Below, in pieces: positions 1-8,254 of a DNA stretch of 64,000 nucleotides (positions are counted from its first letter, which is position 1; every line of letters begins with the position of its first letter). Position numbers and translations under genes: made by a program. The stretch covers positions 58,505 to 122,504 of the forward strand of contig JBGTDX010000036.1 of assembly GCA_041748075.1 (NCBI GenBank), read 5' to 3'. The notes below the pieces were generated by a model. The model was not told where the DNA came from. It ran no database searches and saw only the letters and a program-made list of their open reading frames with translations. The DNA comes from Thermoanaerobaculia bacterium. GTDB lineage: Bacteria; Acidobacteriota; Thermoanaerobaculia; Gp7-AA8.

Positions 1-1993
1 CCGGTTCGATCAGCTCTCGCACCTGCAACATGTATGGGGTGGCGTGATCCCGTTGCTCATTGCAGCCACTCTCTGGTACTCGAGGCGACCCGGATGGACT
101 GCCGCCGTCTGGGTCGGAGCTGCATTCCTCTTCAACGGACTGATCAACATTCACTGGCTTCTGTTCGGATCGTTCGCAGCGGTAGCGTCGCTGCTGCTTC
201 TTGCCGCGATCCGGGGAACCCTGCTGAAGGTTCGCTTCTGGATACCCGTCGCAACAGCTCTGTTTGTCTCGAGTCTCCTTTTGCTTCCGGTGCTGATTCC
301 GTATGAGAAGATGTCGGAGCATTACGGAGTGCAACGTGGCAAGGGAGAAGCTGGCGTTTATTCGGCGACCTGGACTGACTGGCTTGCGCCAAGCAGCAGG
401 AACAAGCTTTATGGCTCGTTCGAAATCGTGTCAGCCACTCCCGCAGAGCGATTCCTCTTTCCCGGACTTCTGGCTTTCCTGCTCCTTGGTTCGTGCCTCG
501 CCGCAGTAAGGCGAAACGATCTGCCAGCCGGAGGCTATCCTGCATCCAGCCGAGAGCTGAGCCTGCCGAAGGCGCCGCCTGCCTACCTCCGAATTTCTGA
601 GAAACGCATTCTGCGAATCCTCGACGTGCTAACCGTCATTGGCGTGATTCTCACATACGTCGCGATCACGGATTCGATTCGATGGGTCGTGGATGGACAG
701 GAGAGGTTCAGCATGGACTCCCCCGGTACGCCGGGGATGGCGACCGTTCTGTTTCTACTCCTGCGCTGGTGGATCCGCTATCCGTCGTCGTGGAAGGGAG
801 GCTCGATCCGGGAGACGATCGCCCATTCACGATTTCCCGTCGGTGTGTGGGTTGCGTTGCTTCTCGTGGTCATAGGGGTACTGGGATCTCTCGGGATGAA
901 CAGCTTTTTTCATCAGTTCCTTTTCGAGAAAGTCGGTCCCTTTCGAGGACTCAGGGTCCCCGCCCGGTGGGCGATGATCGCCTATACCGGTCTGGCCGTG
1001 CTGGTTGCCACTGGGCTGCTGCCATTTCTCAGGAGGCCGCGGCGGGCCCGCGTCCTGGTGGGAGTTTTCGCGATCACCCTGATGCTCTACGAGCTTCGCG
1101 CTGCACCGATTCTCTGGTACCTCACTCCTTCACAACCCGAAGTGTATGGCTGGCTCGCTGATGTGCCTGTGAGCGGGGCAGTGCTCGAGTTGCCGATCGG
1201 CAGCGAAGCGGTCGATTCACAGCCCTACGTCTGGACGGAAGTCGGCTACGTTCTGGGCAATGCCTATCACCACAAGCCCCTCGTCAACGGCTTTTCCGGC
1301 TTCGAGCCGCCACTGCACCAGAGGATCGCTACGCTGGCCAACGCGGAGCACATCAGTGACGAGCTTTTCGGTCTCCTCGAACAGATCGGAACTTCTTTGA
1401 TCGTCGTCCATGCCGATCGCCTCGGACCCGCCCACGATGCGACGCGTGACTGGCTGGAACGTGGACTCGATTCCGGCCGCCTGGTCTTCCTGCGGCGTTT
1501 TCAGCATGACATGAGCGGCGACTACCTGTTCGCTATCGTTGCCAATGAAAGGAATATCGGACTCCTCCGCGGTGACTGGGAAAGCGACATCGCCGGCCGC
1601 ACGCAGCTCGACAACATGAGGATTTTCCTGGCCGGGGAGGGAAGGACGTACAACGCCGGAGCCTTCGGAACGTTCGATGTACTTCGCAATCACGACGAAT
1701 TGAAAGGTCCTGCTAAAATTCACGGCTGGGTGCTGAGCGCCGACGGCGTCTCGGCAGTCAATCTTCGATTCCAGAACGGCGCTGTCGTGATTCCCACCGA
1801 ACTCGTGCATCGTCAGGATGTGAAGGACGTCTATCCCTGGTATCCGCTCGTTGAGAAGCCGGGATTCCATGTCGAGTTGCCAGGCCGTCCGCCAGGGGTG
1901 AAACGCCAGACAGACCTGCAACTCGAGATCATCGACGATCAGGGAAGGAGCATCAGGTTGGCACCGCTGGCGCTTACCTGGAAGGTTCGTTGA
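1..1993 (+). CDS. Polytopic membrane protein with large C-terminal extracytoplasmic domain (possible GT-C-type glycosyltransferase); 5' end truncated by window edge
   Basis: Reading frame is open from position 2 with no stop, so the gene starts upstream of the window. Multiple hydrophobic TM segments are followed by a ~300 aa soluble C-terminal domain. No family motif recognised with confidence. Confidence 0.5.
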   Translation, partial: RFDQLSHLQHVWGGVIPLLIAATLWYSRRPGWTAAVWVGAAFLFNGLINIHWLLFGSFAAVASLLLLAAIRGTLLKVRFWIPVATALFVSSLLLLPVLIPYEKMSEHYGVQRGKGEAGVYSATWTDWLAPSSRNKLYGSFEIVSATPAERFLFPGLLAFLLLGSCLAAVRRNDLPAGGYPASSRELSLPKAPPAYLRISEKRILRILDVLTVIGVILTYVAITDSIRWVVDGQERFSMDSPGTPGMATVLFLLLRWWIRYPSSWKGGSIRETIAHSRFPVGVWVALLLVVIGVLGSLGMNSFFHQFLFEKVGPFRGLRVPARWAMIAYTGLAVLVATGLLPFLRRPRRARVLVGVFAITLMLYELRAAPILWYLTPSQPEVYGWLADVPVSGAVLELPIGSEAVDSQPYVWTEVGYVLGNAYHHKPLVNGFSGFEPPLHQRIATLANAEHISDELFGLLEQIGTSLIVVHADRLGPAHDATRDWLERGLDSGRLVFLRRFQHDMSGDYLFAIVANERNIGLLRGDWESDIAGRTQLDNMRIFLAGEGRTYNAGAFGTFDVLRNHDELKGPAKIHGWVLSADGVSAVNLRFQNGAVVIPTELVHRQDVKDVYPWYPLVEKPGFHVELPGRPPGVKRQTDLQLEIIDDQGRSIRLAPLALTWKVR

Positions 1994-2006
1994 GCCGCGA
2001 ACGCGC

Positions 2007-3878
2007 CTACTTCGGCATTTTGAACGACACGGCCACGGGCATCCACGTGCGGACGCGCTGGCCGTCCTTCATCGCGGGAGTGAACTGCCATGCACGCACT
2101 GCGGTGATAGCGGATTCATTGAGTCCGATATTGCGTGAATCACCACGCATGATGCGGGCTTCCAGAACCCTGCCCGTTTCTGAAACCAGAGCGCTCACGA
2201 TGACGCTTCCCTCGATCCTCCTGCTTCTCGCCAGCGGCGGATAGACCGGCTCGACGGAACGTACGACCGCCGGAGCCCGGTCGACTTTCACGAGCTCGAT
2301 GAGCTCGCCCTCGCGCGCGAGCGTGACGGGTGGGGGAGTTGCAGCGGGCAGAGGAGTCGCGACGGGGGTGCTGCTCGGGATTGCCTCGCGCCCGACTTCT
2401 TCCCTCAGGCGTTCCTGTTCTTCGGGAGCCGCGGCCACGGAAGTCTGTATGGAGGCAACCGGGGTGGCCGTCGTTCGGCGTTCCGGCGGCTTCACCTCTG
2501 CTTGTCGCTGGCGTCGTAATTCTTCGTCATGCTTCGCCTGCAGTTTGAGCATTTCCTCCTGCAGCCGCGCGTTCACCGCAGCCTCGAAAGCCGCCTCACG
2601 TGCCGCGGTGTCGTCGAGCGGAGGAGGTTCCCCTGTCGTCATGGCCGGCTCGGCGATCACATCCGCGACAGGTAAGGGGACCACGGGAGGTGTCTGCGTC
2701 GTCTCGATCGCTCCGGCCTTTTCCTTCGCGACTGGCGGATCCGCTGGAGCGAACCTGAGGTAGGCCGCGGCGAGTCCAGATGACACGATCAGGAATGCTG
2801 CCGCTGCATACAGAACTCTGTTACGTTTCGAGCTCGATGGGGCGATGGCGCCAGGAGCGGCGGTCGCCGATGGGCGCAAGCTCCCCGCGGCATTGATTCT
2901 CGCCTCCTGTTTCTGCTCCAGCTGTTCCTGTTCGAAGTCCTTTCTCAGCAGGGTATGCAGATAGAATGCGAGATTGAACGTTGTCGGTTCGGAGCTGCCA
3001 TCGTGGAGCAGGTTTGCGATCGCCTCCCGGAGCTCCCCCGCGGAACCGCAACGTGCGGCGGGGTCGGGCCCGAGGCACCGGATCAGAATCGTCTGCAACC
3101 CCGGGTCGAGCGGGTCGCCGGAGAGGCAGCTGCGTCCCTGTTGGATCCGGTCGATGTTCTGTTCAGAAGTGCGGCATTCCGGCAGGACGTCACCGGTCAG
3201 GAGAAGATAGAGTAAAGAGCCCGCCGAGTAGATGTCAGACAGCGGAGTGGGTGCGTCGCCGCGGACCACTTCGGGCGCGAGAAAGGGGCGAACGAGAGAC
3301 GCTGTGCCGTCGACTTCCAGAGCGGCCTGCGTAACGCGCCCCAACTCCTGACCGGTGACGCGAACATCGCCGTCTCCCGTGATCCAAACGAAGTGCGGAA
3401 GCAGGCCGCCGTGAACGAGCTGATTTCCGTCGTACGTCAGATCGTGAGTTGCCTCGAGTGCCAGGGCGATCTTTTCTGTTATGGCCAGCGCCAGGTCTAA
3501 CGGCATCGGAAGCCGACCACCGGCACTATTCTTTGCCCGGTCGGAGATCAGCGCGAGAGACCGGCCACCTTCATGCTCGTGGAGGAGCAGGTTCGTTCCG
3601 TCGGCGGGTACGATGCGCTGGCGCCGTGCGATCGCAGGGCCTCGTAATCCGGGAAGTACGGCCTCTGCTCGCGCCGCAGCTTCGCGCATCGCGGCCGCTG
3701 GGATGTGGGGAAACCGGCGCAGAGCGAAGGGCGCCGCTCCCGGCTCTGACGTCACGTCCAGGGCGCGCCATGTCTCGCAGACCGCGTCCGACTCGAGCTT
3801 CCCGAGGAGCAGGTAGCTGCCGGATTGCTCAATAGTCTTGGCACGCAGGCGCATCAAATGGTCCGGGACGGCTTGCAA
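2007..3878 (-). CDS. Ser/Thr protein kinase-like (degenerate, pseudokinase) domain - TM helix - Pro-rich linker - TonB C-terminal domain fusion protein
   Basis: N-terminal kinase fold recognisable (APE motif LAPEVV, subdomain IX DIYSAGSLLYLLLTG). Catalytic motifs are degenerate: ALR instead of VAIK, HGGLLPHF instead of HRDLKPEN, TGQ instead of DFG. Single TM (VLYAAAAFLIVSSGLAAAYL). C-terminus matches the TonB_C consensus (YPPLARSRRIEGSVIVSALVSETGRV...AVRAWQFTPAMKDGQRVRTW). Confidence 0.7.
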   Translation of the reverse strand: MQAVPDHLMRLRAKTIEQSGSYLLLGKLESDAVCETWRALDVTSEPGAAPFALRRFPHIPAAAMREAAARAEAVLPGLRGPAIARRQRIVPADGTNLLLHEHEGGRSLALISDRAKNSAGGRLPMPLDLALAITEKIALALEATHDLTYDGNQLVHGGLLPHFVWITGDGDVRVTGQELGRVTQAALEVDGTASLVRPFLAPEVVRGDAPTPLSDIYSAGSLLYLLLTGDVLPECRTSEQNIDRIQQGRSCLSGDPLDPGLQTILIRCLGPDPAARCGSAGELREAIANLLHDGSSEPTTFNLAFYLHTLLRKDFEQEQLEQKQEARINAAGSLRPSATAAPGAIAPSSSKRNRVLYAAAAFLIVSSGLAAAYLRFAPADPPVAKEKAGAIETTQTPPVVPLPVADVIAEPAMTTGEPPPLDDTAAREAAFEAAVNARLQEEMLKLQAKHDEELRRQRQAEVKPPERRTTATPVASIQTSVAAAPEEQERLREEVGREAIPSSTPVATPLPAATPPPVTLAREGELIELVKVDRAPAVVRSVEPVYPPLARSRRIEGSVIVSALVSETGRVLEARIMRGDSRNIGLNESAITAVRAWQFTPAMKDGQRVRTWMPVAVSFKMPK

Positions 3879-3922
3879 ATCAAACTAACACCGGGTCGCG
3901 TGAGCGTCAATCATGCGACAGG

Positions 3923-4954
3923 TCACGGTGTCTGTGCAGCCTTCTTTTCCCGTTCGCGCCGTTCGCGCCAATAATCGCGCTGGTAGGTCTGGACCGCACG
4001 ATTGTGCTCGGCAAGCGTCCGTGAGAATACGTGCGAGCCGTCGTTGCGGGAGACGAAGTAGAGGAAGTCCGTATTTGCGGGTGCGGATGCGGCGCGAAGG
4101 GATGCCAGTCCGGGGTTGGCAATGGGTCCGGGCGGAAAGCCCCGCTTCACATAGGTGTTGTAAGGGGAGTCGAGCTTGAGGTCATCCTTTCGGATATTGC
4201 CTTTCCACGTACCGTTGAGCTTCATGGCGTAGATGACCGTCGGATCTGCCTGGAGCGGCATCCTGATCCGAGTGCGGTTGAGATAAACCGAGGCGACGAT
4301 GGGGCGCTCATGCTCGAGGCGTGCTTCTGTCTCGACGATCGAGGCGAGCGTGACGGTCTCGTGCAGGTCGAGACCGGTTTCTATGAATGCGAGCTCGCCA
4401 CCGAACTGTTTGCGGAAATTCTGCACCATGGTCCGGACGATCGCGGCAGGCCTTGTGCCCGGGGCAAGCGTATAGGTATCGGGGAAAAGATATCCCTCGA
4501 GACTCGTAGCCTCCGGATCGAGGTCCCGGACCAGCTCAGCGTCATCGGTCAGATCACGCCATTCGTCCTCGCTCCCGAAGCCCTCTGCGGCCATGATTGC
4601 AGCGATCTGGAAACGGTCGAGTCCCTCGCGAATCGTCACCGAGTGAAGTACGACATCACCCTCGATCAGCTTCTCCAGTACGGCCACCGGAGATGCAGCT
4701 CCCGAGAATTCGTAAACGCCGGCCTTGAGCGAATCGCCACGGCGGATCGTCTTGAGGTAAATCAGAGGGACGAAGTCGTCACGAAGGACCCCTGCGGTCC
4801 GTAGGTGCTCGAGGATTGCACCGCTGTGCAGCCCCTTCCTGACTTCAACCCGCACTTGCGGCTCATCGAAGTTCTTGTAGGGCGTCGTCATCGCGCGCCA
4901 GAGAAAGAAGCCCAGCGCTACGGTGAACAGGACCCCGAAGACTGCGAGGATCAT
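3923..4954 (-). CDS. mltG: Endolytic murein transglycosylase MltG (YceG family)
   Basis: N-terminal TM anchor then YceG-like domain. Lies immediately downstream of ruvX, the conserved yqgF-yceG arrangement. Confidence 0.8.
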   Translation of the reverse strand: MILAVFGVLFTVALGFFLWRAMTTPYKNFDEPQVRVEVRKGLHSGAILEHLRTAGVLRDDFVPLIYLKTIRRGDSLKAGVYEFSGAASPVAVLEKLIEGDVVLHSVTIREGLDRFQIAAIMAAEGFGSEDEWRDLTDDAELVRDLDPEATSLEGYLFPDTYTLAPGTRPAAIVRTMVQNFRKQFGGELAFIETGLDLHETVTLASIVETEARLEHERPIVASVYLNRTRIRMPLQADPTVIYAMKLNGTWKGNIRKDDLKLDSPYNTYVKRGFPPGPIANPGLASLRAASAPANTDFLYFVSRNDGSHVFSRTLAEHNRAVQTYQRDYWRERREREKKAAQTP

Positions 4955-5016
4955 CAGCGAAGTCGCAAGGCCTCCGCACCCGCGGCGTTTCTCACCTTTG
5001 TAGCGACGCGGGCGGG

Positions 5017-5439
5017 CTATGACGGCCTCCGGTGCCTGGCATCCAGGTAAGACTGAAGAATGACGCTGGCCGCTTCCATATCGATCCGTGAGTCGAGTTT
5101 TCGTCCTTTTTTGCCTGCACTTCGAAGGCGGGAGGTCGCTTCGACCGTTGTGAGCGCCTCATCCCAGAGGACGACTTCTTTGCAGGTTCTCTGCCTGAGG
5201 GCTTCTGCAAGCGATTCAAACCGCGCCTCAGTCGCTGACGCATCCATTCGTTTCGACCTGGGAATCCCGAGCACGATGGTCCCGACCTCGAGCTCGTCGG
5301 CGAGTTCGGCGATCGCATCGAGGACGCCCTGAAGATCCCCTCGATTGGCGATCACCGAGTGTGGCGTGGCCAGGACTCCCGATACGCTCACAGCAATTCC
5401 GACGCGCCTGCTTCCCATGTCGACTGCTAGAAATGACAT
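5017..5439 (-). CDS. ruvX: Putative pre-16S rRNA nuclease / Holliday junction resolvase-like RuvX (YqgF)
   Basis: MSFLAVDMGSRRVGIAVS... matches the YqgF N-terminus (LGLDxGxKRIGVAxS). The ORF-track ORF (5017..5772) has a ~110 aa non-homologous N-terminal extension. Start chosen at the internal ATG (5439); 5451 is an alternative. Confidence 0.75.
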   Translation of the reverse strand: MSFLAVDMGSRRVGIAVSVSGVLATPHSVIANRGDLQGVLDAIAELADELEVGTIVLGIPRSKRMDASATEARFESLAEALRQRTCKEVVLWDEALTTVEATSRLRSAGKKGRKLDSRIDMEAASVILQSYLDARHRRPS

Positions 5440-5589
5440 TCCGGCAGCCATTGTAACGGCTGTACAGATCGCGACCGCGGGGACGCTGGCCCTGGCCCTG
5501 GCCGTGGAACCTGCGGTTCGCTTTGACGTTGCGCTGACGCTGCATGGCGATACTCCTCCCATCAATTGCGGCGCGGGCCGCCCGATCCC

Positions 5590-6741
5590 ATGAAAAACTT
5601 CAATCTGGACGCGATTCTCGAAACGATGCTCCGCTCTTCCGACCGGGTGTCGGATCTGAATTTCTCCGTCGGCCGGCCGCCGCAGGTGGAGGTCGATGGA
5701 CAACTCGTTCCGATCACCTTTCCCGGCCTGCCTCAACTGACTCCGTTCCAGACCGAGATCATTGCGCTGCATATGCTGCGGGGTGATCGTGATCTGACCC
5801 GGACTCTCCTCGCTACTGGCTCGGTGGATCTCTCATACGCAATTCCCGGGAAGACGCGCTTCCGTGTGAACATTTTTTCTCAGCGCGGCACATACGCGAT
5901 CGTTCTTCGTGTCATTCCTGTGGGAGTTCCGACGCTCGACGAGCTCGGGGTGGCGCAGGAGCTGAAAAAAGTCTCCAGACTGAAGAACGGTATCGTCCTG
6001 GTCACTGGTCCGACAGGCTCAGGCAAGTCCACGACGCTGGCTGCCATCATCAATCAGATCAACCATGAGTCCGCGTACCACATCGTAACGATCGAGGACC
6101 CCGTCGAGTACCTTCACAGACATGTCAAGTCGACCATCAACCAGCGGGAGGTCGGCGCGGACACCAGGTCCTTTGCTCTGGCTCTTCGTGCGGCTCTCCG
6201 CCAGGCACCCAAGGTAATCCTCATCGGAGAAATGCGTGACGTGGAAACGATCGAGATTGCCATGGAGGCTGCGGAGACGGGGCATCTGGTGCTCTCGACC
6301 CTCCACACGATCGATGCGGCAAAGACAGTCGACCGTATCATCGGAGTCTTTCCCAAGGAGCAGGAGCAGCAGATCCGGACACGTTTCGCGCAATCGTTCC
6401 GGTATGTCATTTCTCAGAAACTCCTTCCAAAGGCCGGTGGAGGGCGGCAGGTGCTCATGGAAGTGCTCAAGTCGAGCATGCGGACACGTGAATACATCAT
6501 GAAGGGTGAGACCGACGGCAGGTCGCTCACCGACGCCATGCACGACGGATCCACCGATGGAATGCAGACGTTCGATGATGAGCTCGAGAGAATGTGGGAG
6601 CAGAAGATCATCAGCCGAGAGACGGCGCTCGCCTATGCGTCGAACCCGACGAACCTGGCGCTCCGCCTCACCTCCGAGTCGGAGGAAGAATCCGGCACCG
6701 AGGAACCTCAATCAGATTCGATGTTATCGATGCTGGAGTAA
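5590..6741 (+). CDS. pilT: Type IV pilus retraction ATPase PilT (PilT/PilU family)
   Basis: Walker A GPTGSGKSTT plus Asp box, Walker B and His box typical of PilT. Start set at the internal ATG (MKNFNLDAILETML...), which aligns with PilT N-termini. Acidic C-terminal tail. Confidence 0.85.
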   Translation: MKNFNLDAILETMLRSSDRVSDLNFSVGRPPQVEVDGQLVPITFPGLPQLTPFQTEIIALHMLRGDRDLTRTLLATGSVDLSYAIPGKTRFRVNIFSQRGTYAIVLRVIPVGVPTLDELGVAQELKKVSRLKNGIVLVTGPTGSGKSTTLAAIINQINHESAYHIVTIEDPVEYLHRHVKSTINQREVGADTRSFALALRAALRQAPKVILIGEMRDVETIEIAMEAAETGHLVLSTLHTIDAAKTVDRIIGVFPKEQEQQIRTRFAQSFRYVISQKLLPKAGGGRQVLMEVLKSSMRTREYIMKGETDGRSLTDAMHDGSTDGMQTFDDELERMWEQKIISRETALAYASNPTNLALRLTSESEEESGTEEPQSDSMLSMLE

Positions 6742-6743
6742 CC

Positions 6744-7310
6744 ATGATCGCGATCACCTGCAATTCCTGCCGCAAGCCGCTTTCCATCGACGAAACGAAG
6801 CTTCCGATGAAGGAAGTGTCCTTCCCATGCCCGATCTGCGCCGAGCGGGTAACGGTCGATCGCCGGACGTTGCAGCCTGCGCGACCGGTTGCCATACCCG
6901 AAGGCGAGCTCGAGATAGTGAGGCCATGTCTGGTCGTGGGCGCTGACGATCCCGCCGTTGCCGAGGCGTGTCATGCCCTCGGATTCCAGCCGCGGCATTT
7001 CGCTTCGGCAGATGCCGCGCGCGAGTATTTCATTCAGGAGTTCCCCGCCCTCGTGGTGCTTCGACCGACCGAAATGACGGCTCCACCGCTTGCTGGCATG
7101 CTGCCCGTGACATCCATGGGCCCGTCCGATCGTCGGCGGGCTTTCATTATCCTGGTGGCGGACAATCTGCGCACATTTGACGGTAACGCCGCATTTCTCT
7201 ATGGAGTGAATCTAGTCGTCGCCACGAAGGATCTGGGCGCAATCAAGCAGATCTTCAGGGAGGCGGATCTGCATCATCGCAGGCTGTACCAGGGAATGAC
7301 GGCAGCGTAG
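6744..7310 (+). CDS. MJ0042-type zinc-ribbon protein with C-terminal CheY-like (pseudo-receiver) fold
   Basis: Starts 2 nt after the pilT stop (taaccATG). CxxC...CPxC zinc ribbon (ITCNSCRK...FPCPICAE) followed by alternating beta-alpha hydrophobic strands (CLVVGADD, ALVVL, FIILVAD, VNLVVATKD) with no obvious phospho-acceptor Asp context. Confidence 0.5.
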   Translation: MIAITCNSCRKPLSIDETKLPMKEVSFPCPICAERVTVDRRTLQPARPVAIPEGELEIVRPCLVVGADDPAVAEACHALGFQPRHFASADAAREYFIQEFPALVVLRPTEMTAPPLAGMLPVTSMGPSDRRRAFIILVADNLRTFDGNAAFLYGVNLVVATKDLGAIKQIFREADLHHRRLYQGMTAA

Positions 7311-7428
7311 AAAGCGGATCGAATTCTTTCACGGGCGGCGGACTTCGCGGAGATTTCAACCGCGCTTTTGTCCGGGCGCCCTGACTCACGGGCTCTGGGG
7401 TTTCGAGCAGTACCGGATGAGCGAAACC

Positions 7429-8025
7429 CTACCGTGGAATCGTCAACTGGATTGGCGGCTCTTGTTCCAACTCCGCGCGATAGGCTTCGAAGCAAGCGCG
7501 GCAGCGAGCTTCGTAGGATGCGTCTCCCACTTCGACCTGCGCATCTCCGCCCGAGAGCCGCTGCGAGTAGTGCGCTGAGCCTCGGCATCGGACGCACACC
7601 GCGTGCATCTTCGAGACTTCCTCTGCGACAGCCAGGAGCGCCGGCATCGGGCCGAAGGGACGGCGCATGTAGTCCTGATCGAGACCCGCTGCAATGACGC
7701 GAATCCCTGCATCCGCGAGCTGCATGCAGACCTCGACGATCCCGTCGTCGAAGAATTGAACCTCGTCGATCCCAACGATCTGAACTCCGACCTCCACGCG
7801 TGTGCGCAGAACTTCGGACGTCGGAACGGAAATCGCCTTGAGGCGCCGATCGTCGCGCGAGACGACCTCTTCCAAGCTGAAGCGGTCATCAACCAGCGGT
7901 TTGAAGACCTGAACTCTCTGGCGGGCGATGACTGACCTGCGGAGTCTCCGAATGAGCTCTTCCGACTTTCCGGAGAACATACCTCCGGCGATGATCTCGA
8001 TCCATCCTCCTCGATAGGTGTCCAA
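7429..8025 (-). CDS. tdk: Thymidine kinase
   Basis: P-loop GxMFSGKSEEL plus C-terminal zinc-binding CxxC pairs characteristic of type II thymidine kinase. Confidence 0.85.
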   Translation of the reverse strand: MDTYRGGWIEIIAGGMFSGKSEELIRRLRRSVIARQRVQVFKPLVDDRFSLEEVVSRDDRRLKAISVPTSEVLRTRVEVGVQIVGIDEVQFFDDGIVEVCMQLADAGIRVIAAGLDQDYMRRPFGPMPALLAVAEEVSKMHAVCVRCRGSAHYSQRLSGGDAQVEVGDASYEARCRACFEAYRAELEQEPPIQLTIPR

Positions 8026-8048
8026 AAAAGGGCCTCCGTGCCCGCTCC

Positions 8049-8105
8049 CTCACATCCGGTTGTGGGATGTGAGTGGGTTCTGAGTTCTGGGTTCTGGGTT
8101 GACCC
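8049..8105 (+). repeat. Heptamer-repeat element: short hairpin (ctcacatcc...ggatgtgag) followed by GGTTCTG tandem units
   Basis: The CCGGTTGTGGG core plus GTTCTGA/GTTCTGG tandem heptamers also occur at 18.15, 25.2, 28.0, 31.65 and 55.8 kb. Confidence 0.6.
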
Positions 8106-8194
8106 TCTCCGGGAGTCTTGCAGTCCGCTGTGAAAGGATATCAAAACCCGCCTCGCTCTCGCGTCGTGTGTGGTGCGGGCTTTCCTTCCTGGAT

Positions 8195-8224
8195 AAAAAA
8201 AGGTGCCCCCTTCGCGGGGGCACC
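8195..8224 (-). terminator. Rho-independent terminator downstream of the OmpA-like gene
   Basis: GC-rich stem ggtgccccc/gggggcacc with ttcg loop, followed on the minus strand by a 7-nt U tract. Confidence 0.7.
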
Positions 8225-8254
8225 TGAACTGCCGCTGAGTTCCTGGGCGTGCTG

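Noticed and set aside
4031-4804. 257-aa plus-strand ORF
   Set aside because: Antisense to mltG. No recognisable domain.
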